From the NCBI RefSeq assembly GCF_001194135.2, contig NC_069002.1, positions 23,233,906-23,272,201 of the forward strand: a stretch of 38,296 bases of DNA, in the 5' to 3' direction. This document shows, in pieces, positions 23,675-36,364 of this stretch; positions within the stretch are counted from its first letter, which is position 1, and each line of letters begins with the position of its first letter. Made by a program: the position numbers and the translations under genes. A model generated the notes under the pieces. That model was not told the origin of the DNA and searched no databases. It saw only the letters and a program-made list of their open reading frames with translations. The stretch is from Octopus bimaculoides. Taxonomy: Eukaryota.

Positions 23675-25029
23675 AAGAATGTTTCAAAGGTTTTTTGAAC
23701 TGTGGCACCATTCACCAATCTGTTAGTTTATTGTGGAGAAATAGTGAGAGAAGCATGAGTTCAATCCTTACAATAGTTGACCGTCACTGCTTCTGCATCT
23801 AAGCCACAACTATGTTAAGATGATTATAACAGAGTCTGACCGTNNNNNNNNNNNNNNNNNNNNNNNNNNNNNNNNNNNNNNNNNNNNNNNNNNNNNNNNN
23901 NNNNNNNNNNNNNNNNNNNNNNNNNNNNNNNNNNNNNNNNNNNNNNNNNNNNNNNNNNNNNNNNNNNNNNNNNNNNNNNNNNNNNNNNNNNNNNNNNNNN
24001 NNNNNNNNNNNNNNNNNNNNNNNNNNNNNNNNNNNNNNNNNNNNNNNNNNNNNNNNNNNNNNNNNNNNNNNNNNNNNNNNNNNNNNNNNNNNNNNNNNNN
24101 NNNNNNNNNNNNNNNNNNNNNNNNNNNNNNNNNNNNNNNNNNNNNNNNNNNNNNNNNNNNNNGAGTAAAGATATGTCTGATATTGAAATTCAATAAACAT
24201 TTTTAAATAGTTTTTAAAAAAATTAAATTTTTTTTCTATTGATCTGACTTTCAAATTTTTTTTTCTCTTCAAAATATCCTAAATTTGATTTTCAATTTGA
24301 AATTTTTGTGATATTATTGTGATTCTATTAAATTTATTTCCCCTTATGAAAACATCTCAGGTTTTTATCAGTCAAAACGACACACACACACACACACACA
24401 CACACTTTCCCCCTGTCTATTGATCTTGCTCTCTCTCTCTCTCTCTCTGTGTTACTCTTTCTTAATCTCTCTCTTTCTTCCCGTCTTCGAAATATGGAAA
24501 ACAAATATTGGAGCCGTAAGTTCTGTATCTGATAAAGAGTTTGATAGTAAGAACTTAGATCATTAAGTTTGCGTAAAAGGACAAATATAATTAATGAAAT
24601 AACGAAACAAAGTAGTAAGTTGAAAAAAAATACAAAAAAGGAATTATTAACAATATTATTTTGACATTTATTTTATAAAGAGAAATCCAAAGAAAAAGGA
24701 GTAAAAAATGAGAAAAGAACATTTACCCTCTTTTTTTTTTATAATACTGCTGCTCTCCTTTTATTTAGTACTGCTGCACTCCTTTCATCTAATACTTGCT
24801 CTCTTTTTATTTAATACTTGTTCTTTCTCTCTTCTTCTTCTTCTTGTCAAGCTGGGTAAATCTATAACATATCTTTAACAATGTGTAAATGAGTTCTTAA
24901 CATTTTCCTTCATCTTCATGAGTTTTTTCTGTTTCTGTAGCTACTCACCTTCCATCCATTCTCTCCTTCCTTGCATCCTAAAAATGGTGAAAGAACATTC
25001 TTTTTATATTAAACTATGTTAGGAAATAG

Positions 25030-25251
25030 ACTTAGATTTTCTTTATGACGAATAAACAATTGCGATAGCTTCTTTATTATAAGCAGTCAGTGCAAAAATA
25101 ACTGAAGACAGCGATGATGCTGATGACGACGACGGTGATGACAACAATGACAGCCATGATCTTTAAATGGGTTTGAAATTAGTTTTGTGCACTAAAATCT
25201 TCGGACTAAATAAAAGAGATAGGCAGCCGAGTCAGGTTTTCTTCAGAAAAC
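25030..25251 (-). pseudogene. Dynein pseudo-exon interrupted by a GAT/GAC-type repeat
   Basis: Acceptor actgtcag at 25252-25253. One frame gives FSEENLTRL..*..QTHLKIMA[repeat]TDCL**RSYRNCLF, resembling recalled ISEQSLSKI..EHLSSLA..DYERSMNKINF; four in-frame stops. Confidence 0.5.
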
Positions 25252-25478
25252 CTGACAGTAAAAGTACTTTAAAAATATCACACACACACAATACAAACCT
25301 AGATAGAAGTGGTACAAAAACAAAAATGTAAAGAGAAATAGTTGGAAAAAAGAGCCAGCGTTTTTCTTTTCCCCTATTGTCTTTTAGAAGAATCAGTAAA
25401 AATAAAAAAATTAGAAAAAAAAAAACATGAATGAACACAACTAGATTAAAAGTATCATTGTGATGAAGTGGTTATTTT

Positions 25479-25611
25479 CTAAAGTTTTCTATAGACAATT
25501 TATAGAAATGCAAGAAGTACTTTGGAGAGTAGAATTTGAATATATTGTGGATTTTCTTTTCTGTTTTTTTTACAAAACTGGAATACTTGAATCTTAAATC
25601 TCAAATTATAG
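25479..25611 (-). pseudogene. Dynein pseudo-exon, N-terminal tail
   Basis: Strong acceptor (cttattctttttgtcttttccaatag). YNLRFKIQVFQFCKKNRKENPQYIQILLSKVLLAFL*IVY resembles recalled WVPRIQLLFC..EALLLYNLY. Confidence 0.55.
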
Positions 25612-25964
25612 CTATTGGAAAAGACAAAAAGAATAAGATCATAAGCAGAAATAAAATGAAGAAAAGAATGGTAAACATAATTTTCTCAAATAAGGAAATG
25701 GTAATAATCAGGATATTCTTGATAATAATTATTGTGGTGTTTGTTTACATTTAGGTTGGAATTTAAAAGTATTGAGGAAGAGGAAATTCAGAAAGTTTTA
25801 TGTGGCATTTTGAATATAAATGTAGTTGTGTATATTATAAGCTATTATGATATACACAGCTTATAAAAGATATATTATAAGCTGGGTAAAAAGCCCCTTG
25901 GATGGGAAAGGGGTGTGTGAGTCACTTACAAGATTTGAACTATCAATCTACTGTAGCCTGCCTT

Positions 25965-26190
25965 TTTCTGTTCAAATGCTGGCATGGGTTGGATGGTTTG
26001 ACAGGAGCTGGCAAGGCCAGATGCCCAAGTGAGTTCCATTCTCTGTTCTGGAATGGATTTTATGACTGGATGCCCTTCTTAATGTCAACCACTTCACAGA
26101 GTGTACTGGGTGCTTTTTACATGGCTCTATCACCATTACGTTTCATGCAGCACCAGCATCAATGCTTTTTTTACATGGCACCAGCACTGA
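25965..26190 (-). mobile_element. SINE family 1 copy
   Basis: gctggcatgggttggatggtttgac..ctggatgcccttcttaatgtcaaccac. Confidence 0.75.
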
Positions 26191-26208
26191 CAGAATGAAG
26201 TGTATATA

Positions 26209-26350
<142 letters not shown>

Positions 26351-26437
26351 GATATGTATACCAGAGTAAGCACATAAATGTGAAACAAGGTGGAAAAAAA
26401 ATAGTACTCGAATACCAGAGGTAGAGTAATATGCTCT

Positions 26438-26588
26438 ATTAATAAAGCTGCAAAGACATCACAAAAATTGTTGCTCAGAGTTTCACGTTCCCATTCGTCT
26501 GACAGTTTTGGTTGAGAAAACTGTCTGACAAACGGGAATGCGAAACTTTGAGTAACACTTTTTGCGATGTCTTTGCATTTTTATTAAT
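26438..26588. repeat. 151-bp palindrome with a degenerate type I hammerhead ribozyme core in each arm
   Basis: Arms of about 72 bp around a 7-nt loop. Plus arm CTGACAA-ACG-GGAA-TGC-GAAAC-TTT-GAGTA; minus arm CAGACGA-ATG-GGAA-CGT-GAAAC-TCT-GAGCA. Confidence 0.8.
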
Positions 26589-26802
26589 AAAGTGTATATA
26601 TATATATATGTATATCCAGATAAGATATTAAACCACAGTTTACACTTTAAATTATCAGCTACTGTTAACCTTTCAGTAAGGCCTATACATAGGTAATACA
26701 CCAGTAGTGCTTATGGATACATTTATCCTTTAGATGGTTGCATAACCTCTAACTCATAATTTCTTTATATACAAACATATATATATATATATGTTTATAT
26801 GT

Positions 26803-26950
26803 CATCATCATTATCCATGGTGGCATGGGTTGGACGGTTTGACCAGGGCTCGTAAGCTGTAAGACTACACCGGACTCCAGTCTGATTTGGCATGGTTTTC
26901 TACAACTGGATGTCCTTCCTAATGTCAATCATTCTGAGGTGATTTTACAT
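26803..26950 (-). mobile_element. SINE family 1 copy
   Basis: catcatcatt..gcatgggttggacggtttgacc..ctggatgtccttcctaatgtcaa. Confidence 0.75.
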
Positions 26951-26986
26951 GTGTGCGTTGACTGTGTTGTATGCTCCAAAGCACCC

Positions 26987-27028
<42 letters not shown>

Positions 27029-27295
27029 TAAGGTATAAATAATGGTCATTACATATTTTTCCTTTTTATTAGAGTAAACTTGGCTTACAGTTGTTTCCAG
27101 TAGTCATTCTAGGCACATTACTGATAGGTTTATCCAATTAGTCCATTGATCAGTTGAGAAAATTTGAATGACCTAAAGAAATTAATTCTACTTTCATCAG
27201 AGCCATTTTTAGTTATAATATATATATATATTTATATATATGTAATTCTGGTTATAATATATATATCTATATATATATACATATTTCTGGTGATA

Positions 27296-27333
<38 letters not shown>

Positions 27334-27337
27334 ATGT

Positions 27338-27517
27338 ATGCATGTGTGCTTTGCAGTTAAGAAGTTTGTTTTGCGACCACTTGGTTGTGGGTTCTGTCCC
27401 ACTGTTTGGCACATCAGGAAAATGTCTTCTACAATAGCTCTGTACTAATCAATGCCTTGGGAATAAATTGGTAATATGTAAATGGGTTGGCGGTAAATGT
27501 AAGAGACCTTTCGTAGC

Positions 27518-27548
<31 letters not shown>

Positions 27549-27745
27549 ATGTGTGTGTTGCCCTTTGAGTTTTGGTTGGTGAACTCATCTGTGACTTAGC
27601 GGTTCAACAAAAAGATCTGATAGAATAAGAGAACAAGTATCAGATTTTGGTTAAGTTCTTGGGTTGATTTGAATGACTAAAATTCTTTAAGGTGGTGCCC
27701 CAGCATCACCACCATCTAATGACTGAAACAAACCAAACAACACAA
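27338..27745 (+). mobile_element. SINE family 2 copy, decayed
   Basis: gggttctgtcccactg..tgtcttctacaatagc..ggtggtgccccagcat..gactgaaacaa. Confidence 0.7.
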
Positions 27746-27966
27746 TGGTGATGAAGTTTAAGTATTTGACAACACAAGCACGAATACACGTACGCACACG
27801 TAATTGCATTTAAACACATGCATATATGTGTGTGTGTGTGTGTGTGTAAAACTATATTTTTTCTCATTATTTCTTGTTTTTCCGGGTAATGTCTCTCTTC
27901 TGTGTGACAAAATAATAAATCATACATCAATCATCATCATCATTTGTTCTAGATTTTTAATACTGC

Positions 27967-28001
<35 letters not shown>

Positions 28002-28199
28002 TTTGTCGTAGTGGTCATAGTGCCAGAGGTGGGAGGAAGTGGACATTACTGTTAATATACTAAAAATATTTTCATAACATCATTAATATCTATTCATCCA
28101 ATTTTCTTCGTCTTTTGTTTTTGCTCCTCGCCCCCTCCCCCACCTTTAACCTCGTTTTTATTTTTTCCTGTTTATTGAAATTTATTTATGTTGTGATTG

Positions 28200-28300
28200 T
28201 ATGTGTGTATATAGACACATACACACACACACACACACTTGTATGTGTGTATGTAAGAATGTATGCATGTGTTTGCGTGTGTGTATAGTATATATAGATG

Positions 28301-28348
<48 letters not shown>

Positions 28349-28528
28349 CATACTCACACACACGTACATATATATGTTTATATATGTATATATACATGTA
28401 TATATATGTATGTGTGTGCATATTTTTTATATGTGCTGATAAATGTATGTATAGATATGTATATATGTGTATGCTTGTGCATATACATATACACACACAC
28501 ACGCACACATATATATGTATACACACGT

Positions 28529-28566
<38 letters not shown>

Positions 28567-28570
28567 ACAT
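28200..28570. repeat. Degenerate TA/CA/TG microsatellite block
   Basis: Direct reading. Confidence 0.95.
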
Positions 28571-28791
28571 TTATATTGAAAGGTAAATAAAGGGAATGTA
28601 TACTTGTAAACCTCAGAGCCTGAACCAGTTTATTTTCTACTTTTCTTTAATTGTACACCACTTATGTCTAATGTTTATCAACCTCGTCCTTATAGCCACT
28701 CATTATGGATATTAAAACAGACAATTGTTTGAGGTTTCGTTGATTTAATTTCTTCGATTGATGGGTTTTTTTCCACTCCCGCCCTCCTCTG

Positions 28792-28929
28792 TCATGTGAT
28801 ACGGAGGTTGTCTGTTAGAATTGCTGCCTGGAGAGATTGTCCGAGACAATCACACATTCCTAGTGAAATAAATTGATCTCTGTTTGTTTTCAAAGTTGAT
28901 TGCTCTAATTCTTTGATAAATGGAACCGT
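28792..28929 (-). pseudogene. Candidate dynein pseudo-exon, N-terminal tail
   Basis: TVPFIKELEQSTLKTNRDQFISLGMCDCLGQSLQAAILTDNLRIT* resembles recalled DNAH1 ..EWINMGL..GKALLPTD; position fits the collinear order. Confidence 0.4.
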
Positions 28930-29024
28930 CTAATCATTGATTTGTAATGTGAAGTGGCTGAGAATTCTGTAGACATATTCTTATTGTAATCATAGGGCAC
29001 TGTCATGAATGGTTTAGTCAAAGA

Positions 29025-29337
29025 GATTGACCCTAGAACTTATTTTTAAGCCTGACACTTATTCTGTTAGTCTCTTTTGTTGAACTGTTAAGTTACAACA
29101 TAAACAAACCAACACTGGTTGTCAGGCAGTCAGGAGGGGACAAACACACATACACACACACATGTATATTTACGACAGGCTTCTACACAGTTTCTGTCTA
29201 CCAAATTCACTCACAAAGCATTGATTGACCTTGGACTATTGTAGAAGACACAGGCACAAGGATACTGTGCAGTGAGACTGAACCTGGGACCACATGGTTA
29301 GGAAGTTTGCTTCTTAACCCCATGACCATGCCTGCAA
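29025..29337 (-). mobile_element. SINE family 2 copy
   Basis: Collinear similarity to 23283-23674. Confidence 0.75.
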
Positions 29338-29962
29338 CATGTGTACTCTTAATGGAAATCTCATGCTGAGTCAGGTGACCTGTGTGTGAGAAGGTGGATC
29401 CATTGTATTACTGGTACAAGCCATTTGACAGGCTTCTACAGAGAATATTCTCTTTATTCCTCTTTACATGTCTGCGATACAATGAGGCTGTCTTAAAAAG
29501 GCGCTCAAAATGCAATGCAACAGGTTAAAACCCAGCATCTCATGATTGCATGGTAAACTTCTTAACTACTTGATAATGAAAGTGGAATGTGACAAGGAGG
29601 CACATGTGGCAGAGGGGACAATAAAAGCAGGAAGGGACATGGTGACATGTAGGAGAAAAGGCTGTGTTATTGACAAAATGGGAAGTGACACATGTGGGAG
29701 TAGACAGAATGTGACAAGAAAATATTGTAGAATGGGCTACCATACTTATATTGAATATTGTAGAATGGGCTACCATACTTGTATTGAATCATTGAAATCA
29801 TCTGTTGTACGCATATTTTTATGTTGCCAAACAATGAAAATTTTGCATAAAAACAAACTAAAAATGAGATATTTTTTTAAAATGTATCCACAGAAGAGGA
29901 TCCGTGGCTATGATCCCTGCAGGTCCCATCAACATAGTGATATTATTATGGGGTCTGCTTTA

Positions 29963-30140
29963 AGGCAGTGAGCTGGCAGAATCATTAGCCCGCTGGATGA
30001 AATGCTTAGTGATATTTTGCCCGTGCCTTTCATCATTTTGGGGTCGATGAAATAAGTACCAGTGAAACACTGGGGGTTGATGTGATTGATTAGTCCCCTC
30101 CCCCAAATTTCAGGCCTTGTGTCTATTGTAGAAAGGATTA
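29963..30140 (+). mobile_element. SINE family 3 (tRNA-like head, conserved cctttcatc..ggggtcgat..aagtacc domain, possibly Meta-type)
   Basis: A-box-like TGGCAGAAT; the central domain is shared with 22203 and 18632; domain name is from recall. Confidence 0.75.
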
Positions 30141-30232
30141 TAATGGAGTCTGCTGAGAAATTGTTGATGGGAAGTTGTTAAGCACTGTAGATGTAGGGGG
30201 AAGAAATTGGCTGAAGAGGGTCTGAGGAGACA

Positions 30233-30440
30233 TCATCATCATCATCATAATAATAATCAGTTAATATCCATTTTCTATGCTGCCTGGGGTTGAATGCTTT
30301 GACAGGGGCAGGCAAAGCTAGGGGCCACATCAGGCTCTGATTGTCTGTTTTGGCTTGGATTCTACGGCTGGATACTCTTCCTAACAGCAATCACATAACA
30401 GAGTGTACTGGGTGCTTTTTATGTGGCTCCAGCACTGGTG
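30233..30440 (-). mobile_element. SINE family 1 copy, older
   Basis: (CAT)n..ctggatactcttcctaacagcaatcac..gagtgtactgggtgc. Confidence 0.7.
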
Positions 30441-30446
30441 TTTAGA

Positions 30447-30769
30447 TCGTCGTCGTCGTCGTCGTTTAACATCCGCTTTCCATGCTAGCATGGGTTGGAC
30501 GATTTGACTGAGGACTGGTGAAACCAGATGGCTACACCAGGATCCAATCTGATTTGGCAGAGTTTCTACAGCTGGATGCCCTTCCTAACGCCAACCACTC
30601 AGAGAGTGTAGTGAGTGCTTTTACGTGTCACCCGCACGAAGGCCAGTCAGGCGGTACTGGCAACGGCCACGCTCATCTCGCCCGAAAAACCTCATGTGTC
30701 ACCCGCACAAGAGCCAGTCCAGGGGCACCGGCAACGATCTCGCTCGAAAATCCTACGACGGCCCCGCAC
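30447..30769 (-). mobile_element. SINE family 1 copy, young, CpG-rich
   Basis: Near-identical to 31030-31367; (CGT)n tail. Confidence 0.9.
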
Positions 30770-31029
30770 NNNNNNNNNNNNNNNNNNNNNNNNNNNNNNN
30801 NNNNNNNNNNNNNNNNNNNNNNNNNNNNNNNNNNNNNNNNNNNNNNNNNNNNNNNNNNNNNNNNNNNNNNNNNNNNNNNNNNNNNNNNNNNNNNNNNNNN
30901 NNNNNNNNNNNNNNNNNNNNNNNNNNNNNNNNNNNNNNNNNNNNNNNNNNNNNNNNNNNNNNNNNNNNNNNNNNNNNNNNNNNNNNNNNNNNNNNNNNNN
31001 NNNNNNNNNNNNNNNNNNNNNNNNNNNNA

Positions 31030-31367
31030 TCGTCGTCGTCGTCGTCGTTTAACATCCGCTTTCCATGCTAGCATGGGTTGGACGATTTGACTGAGGACTG
31101 GTGAAACCAGATGGCTACACCAGGATCCAATCTGATTTGGCAGAGTTTCTACAGCTGGATGCCCTTCCTAACGCCAACCACTCAGAGAGTGTAGTGAGTG
31201 CTTTTACGTGTCACCCGCACGAAGGCCAGTCAGGCGGTACTGGCAACGGCCACGCTCATCTCGCCCGAAAAACCTCATGTGTCACCCGCACAAGAGCCAG
31301 TTCAGGGGCACAGGCAACGATCCCGCGCGAAAGATTTCATGTGTCACCGGCACAAGAGCCTTGAATT
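31030..31367 (-). mobile_element. SINE family 1 copy, young, tandem with 30447
   Basis: Offset 583 bp from the previous copy across an N gap. Confidence 0.9.
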
Positions 31368-31696
31368 GAATCGATTTGTTGGGTATGGTGCATGATTTTG
31401 ATATTTCAGGAGAGCAGAAGCCATTTTAATTGCAGCCAAAAAAGGACATTGGCTGGGTCTGTGGTTGAAAGAGTGTTGGGGGTGGGTAATCTCTTTTATG
31501 CTTGGAGACCTTGTATGTGAGGCAGCTGCATTGTTCCTGACATGTGATACACCATTTGGAATTCTCTGTCAACTCTCTGCCTGCATCACATTAGAATGGT
31601 ATATAAGGGGCAGGCATGGCTGTGTGCTAAGAAATTAGCTCCCAACCACATGGCTCTTGTGTTAACAACAAACAAGCTGAGGACAAATATTCGTCA

Positions 31697-31862
31697 AATG
31701 TAAATAATGTAATCCTTATTTATTCACATGGTTCATAATTAATTATGTATTGTCTTGTAGCTTTAAGATCTCCATGATGTGATTTAGAACGACATTGTAG
31801 GATAGGTGTGAGAGGCCAGATCTGGCCAGTTTCAACATTTAACAGGTAGAATATTTGGGCTG
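31697..31862. mobile_element. Partial inverted copy of the 8094 MITE-like element
   Basis: ttatttattcacat..ggtagaatatttggg is the reverse complement of cccaaatattctacc..atgtgaataaataa. Confidence 0.55.
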
Positions 31863-32519
31863 ATTGAAATGTAAAAGAGTTAAACTATTTGCTGGTCTTG
31901 AAATGAAGCCAAACCTTGAAATGAAGAATTAATAAAATAGTACATAGTAGGAGGCAACATGAGTGATGGTAGGAAGAAAAGGAGAAAATAAATTGAGTGG
32001 AAGGGTTTATGTGATGGTGGTGGTGGGAGGATAAGAAATAGAAAAAAGCGAAAATATGGGGAAGAGGTGACATAGTAAATAAAAGATTGTAGAGATTGTT
32101 AGTGATTGCCTGTTGCAAATTGAATTGAACTTTTAATCAAATGTGGGTGAGAGAGAAAGAGAAGAAGAGGAAGTGGTTTATTAGAGGAAAGCAAATAAGT
32201 TTGGAAAATAGGGTGGAAGGTGATGGGGAGTGTTAAATGTATGTAAAAGACTAGCATACAGTGTGTAGGTATTTATTTGTGGAACGTTTCTTTTCTTGTT
32301 TGTTCTTTATATTTTTGGATGTTGTCAGTTACAGGATATAATATAATTAGTCATATGACCTGCCTAACAGGTTGAAATGTCAAGCAACAGGTTTCAAGAG
32401 ATGCTATGTATTTATTGTAAACAGCAATATGTTGGGAGGAAAAAGACCACGTAAATGACATCCTTTTGTCACTGCTTTTCACGTGGTTAAAGAACTTGCA
32501 GAAATTGTGGGAAATGGAA

Positions 32520-33250
32520 TAGGATGAGGGAGGTGGAACTGGATGGAATTAGGTTTTGGTTGAAGTTGAAAATGTAAAGATCTCCATTTGTGTTGTGTCA
32601 CCCTCACAGAAAATCAGAGAAGTGTCTGGTAACACCAAACAACTTTTCCACTTCTTGTCTCATGTGGTCAGTAAAAAAAATCACCTATTAATCTAAACTT
32701 GTCTGTGTCTGGGACAGAATCCATTTCCATTTGTAGAGAACTGTAGAACTTCTCTCTTGTTGTATTAGGAGTTACCTTTGTAGGAGCATTAACAATGGTC
32801 AATATGGCATCATGTCTATTTCTGATGGGAATCCTTCAATTCATTGAACAGATGAATGCATATGTCCATCACCAGGGCTAAGGGGTAAAGAGTTTTGGAT
32901 ACAACTACTACTTCTTGTCACACATTTTAGTCTTGTACTACTGCCATGCATTCCATCATGATCCTGTCCTTGGTGTCTTGATGTCACCTTTTGGCCCTAC
33001 CACCAAGGATAGATTTTGGCCTAATTTGACCATAATCCTGGCTTTTTCTTTTATCATAGCAAATCCAACTTAGGACATAAGTCCTTGGTTTATTGATTTC
33101 TCACTCCAGAACAATGCATTCTTATATCTACCTTGTTTTGGCAATCTCATCTCAAGGAGGCCCACCACATGTCAGCACTTAATGTCGTAAGGTGAGTGTC
33201 TTTGGTCAGTTGGCCTCTCTTTTGTCTTGTAACATTCTAACATTTATTGA
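32520..33250 (-). mobile_element. LINE apurinic-endonuclease (APE) domain relic, RTE-like
   Basis: LTIVNAPT..EKFYSSLQ..VPDTDKFRLIGDF matches APE motifs (VYAPT, FY..L, GDFN); stops and frameshifts. Confidence 0.7.
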
Positions 33251-33531
33251 GTCAGGTGAAAACTCATTGTTTCTTGTCCTAATGAATGTTTTACTGCTGC
33301 TCAGAGCAGACGACAGCAGCTGTGATCATTGGTTACCTGGATAATCCTTAATCCTTTATAATTATGACTAATCCATCTTATTTGACAGGATTTGGCCCCT
33401 TTAATACTGACTTACCTGAAGCAACTCCTGTGCATTGCAAACATGGCTGGGTGGTAACAGAAGCTCTTTTTCGAACCATGTAGTTTTAGGTTCAATCTCA
33501 CTGTATAGCATTTTGTGTGTGTGTGTGTGTG

Positions 33532-33581
<50 letters not shown>

Positions 33582-34364
33582 CATATATATATATATAATA
33601 TTAGGGACAAAATCCAAAATTACAGGTAAAAACTCAATTAAAATCAATTTATAAAAAATCAAAATTATATTGAGCTTTATAGATAAAATATATATAAAAT
33701 ATATAGTTTTAGGGAAAATAACCAAGTTTCAAGAACTCATCGATGAAAATCCACTATCACATATAGAAAAATTAACAATTAAAAGCACAATAAATGAGTA
33801 TAATATAAAACAAAGTAAATATCATTGTGCTTTTNNNNNNNNNNNNNNNNNNNNNNNNNNNNNNNNNNNNNNNNNNNNNNNNNNNNNNNNNNNNNNNNNN
33901 NNNNNNNNNNNNNNNNNNNNNNNNNNNNNNNNNNNNNNNNNNNNNNNNNNNNNNNNNNNNNNNNNNNNNNNNNNNNNNNNNNNNNNNNNNNNNNNNNNNN
34001 NNNNNNNNNNNNNNNNNNNNNNNNNNNNNNNNNNNNNNNNNNNNNNNNNNNNNNNNNNNNNNNNNNNNNNNNNNNNNNNNNNNNNNNNNNNNNNNNNNNN
34101 NNNNNNNNNNNNNNNNNNNNNNNNNNNNNNNNNNNNNNNNNNNNNNNNNNNNNNNNNNNNNNNNNNNNNNNNNNNNNNNNNNNNNNNNNNNNNNNNNNNN
34201 NNNNNNNNNNNNNNNNNNNNNNNNNNNNNNNNNNNNNNNNNNNNNNNNNNTATATATATACACGCATATTTACATTCACACACAAACACACACACACGCA
34301 CATACACACGCACATACACACACATGCACACATGTTTATAAACAGAGTGCGATGGGTAAATTGT

Positions 34365-35084
34365 TGCCATTTTATATTTTTTTATTTTGTGCATGTACAT
34401 TGTTTGTTTTTGATTTTGTCAACTACACAGTATAGTAGGGTCAGTTGGGTACCATCTGTGAGAAAAACAGCATAACGCAATTCATTCAGCCTGAAATTTG
34501 GAAACAACATGCTGTACTGCTTGGCATAACCTCCAATATGAACATTTCAGAGTGTATGGGTGTCAGTCTGAGGAGAGAACAATCAGAGGAGAGTACAATC
34601 AGAGGACATGTACTGAGAGTGACAAATACCAAACATTCAGTCAACATCATGGTGTTTGGAGTGATCACTAATGATGGCCACTTTATGTCTCCATTCATCT
34701 TCCCACATAGCCTCACACTCAACACAGAGGCCTACATTCAGTGCCTGGCTGCTGGAAGACTCTATGTCTGGCAACAGGACTCTGCACCATGCCACACAAG
34801 CAGGAGAACCCAGTTATGGCTGTCATACAATTTCTGCAACCACATCACCCTTAACATCTTGCCACCTAACTCCCTTCCCAGACTGCAACCCCCTTGATTA
34901 TTATGTGTGGGGCACACTTGAGCGAGAGACCAGCAAAACTCCTTGTGACACCAAAGATGAACTGAAGGCAAGGATTATGGAAGCATTCACCAACTTAAAC
35001 AAGGAGACCATCGAGAAGAGTTGCAGGAGATTCCAAAGTCGTCTGGAGGCCATGGTTGAAGCCAATGGCGATTATATTGAATAA
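34365..35084 (+). mobile_element. Tc1/mariner superfamily transposon relic, DD37D (maT-type), frameshifted and internally deleted
   Basis: NIMVFGVITNDG..FIFPH..WQQDSAPCHTSRRTQ..PPNS / frameshift / PDCNPLDYYVWG..RLEAMVEANGDYIE*. About 37 residues separate the QQD and PLDY aspartates; 3' end runs into an N gap. Confidence 0.9.
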
Positions 35085-36301
35085 ANNNNNNNNNNNNNNN
35101 NNNNNNNNNNNNNNNNNNNNNNNNNNNNNNNNNNNNNNNNNNNNNNNNNNNNNNNNNNNNNNNNNNNNNNNNNNNNNNNNNNNNNNNNNNNNNNNNNNNN
35201 NNNNNNNNNNNNNNNNNNNNNNNNNNNNNNNNNNNNNNNNNNNNNNNNNNNNNNNNNNNNNNNNNNNNNNNNNNNNNNNNNNNNNNNNNNNNNNNNNNNN
35301 NNNNNNNNNNNNNNNNNNNNNNNNNNNNNNNNNNNNNNNNNNNNNNNNNNNNNNNNNNNNNNNNNNNNNNNNNNNNNATATATATATATATATATATATA
35401 TATAAGATGTGAGGACCGAAATCCTTCAAAGGATGTCAAACATCCAAGTCCACCGGTACAGTCCAAGTAAAGAATATATATGAAAAAAAAGTATATATTC
35501 AGTATTTACAAAAACAATAAATGAAGTACAAGAAAAAGAAAAATTGTAGGTGTAGACGATCTTTAATTCATAATCCAGGTTGGTACAGAACCAATATACA
35601 TTCTACAAATTGTTTCGGAGTCTAATTAATTCCAAAAGCAAAAACGAAACATTCTTCAGGAAATAAACATTATATATGCATATATATATATATCTACTAT
35701 ATAAATGAGAGTATATACCATCAAAAGGCTCTGAAACAGTGCAACCTAAAGAAAAACATTTGATTTTCAAAATCTGCATCCCAAGAAGAAGGTGTTTCGT
35801 TATTTTTGCTATAAGAAATAACTCAACTTTCAGGTCACCAAATCTACCCCCACCCCTCTCTCTCTCCCTCTCTGTTATGCTCTTCCCTTCTCCCTGTATA
35901 TTTACCACACTCTTTTTCACTGTGTCTCTGTATATGTATATCTTTCACACATTCTACTCACCCGACTCTCTCTCTCTCTCTCTCTCTTGATATGACATGG
36001 AATGCAAGCCACTGGTCAATATTCATTTTCCATACATCCACAACTTAACAATGACTGGCTGAACCCCGTGAGGATCCGGTTAACCTATAAGCAAAATGCC
36101 CCTTACACTGAGAGAGCATGGTAGAATGCATCCTTTAGTTACTATTCATCTTTTGCAGGCATGGAGAAATCTGTCCTGGTCAAGAGGCAGATTCGTTGAG
36201 AAAGACAGTCTGACATACTACACCAAAAAATTGAAACAAAGGCATTCTATTTTGAAAACTTGCTAGCCGTGATGTGCTGCTATTTTGTAGCTAGTATGTA
36301 T

Positions 36302-36364
<63 letters not shown>

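Noticed and set aside
29546-29971. 141-aa plus-strand ORF containing a 33-bp tandem duplication (29721-29786)
   Set aside because: No recognisable domain or splice context, and it runs into a SINE head
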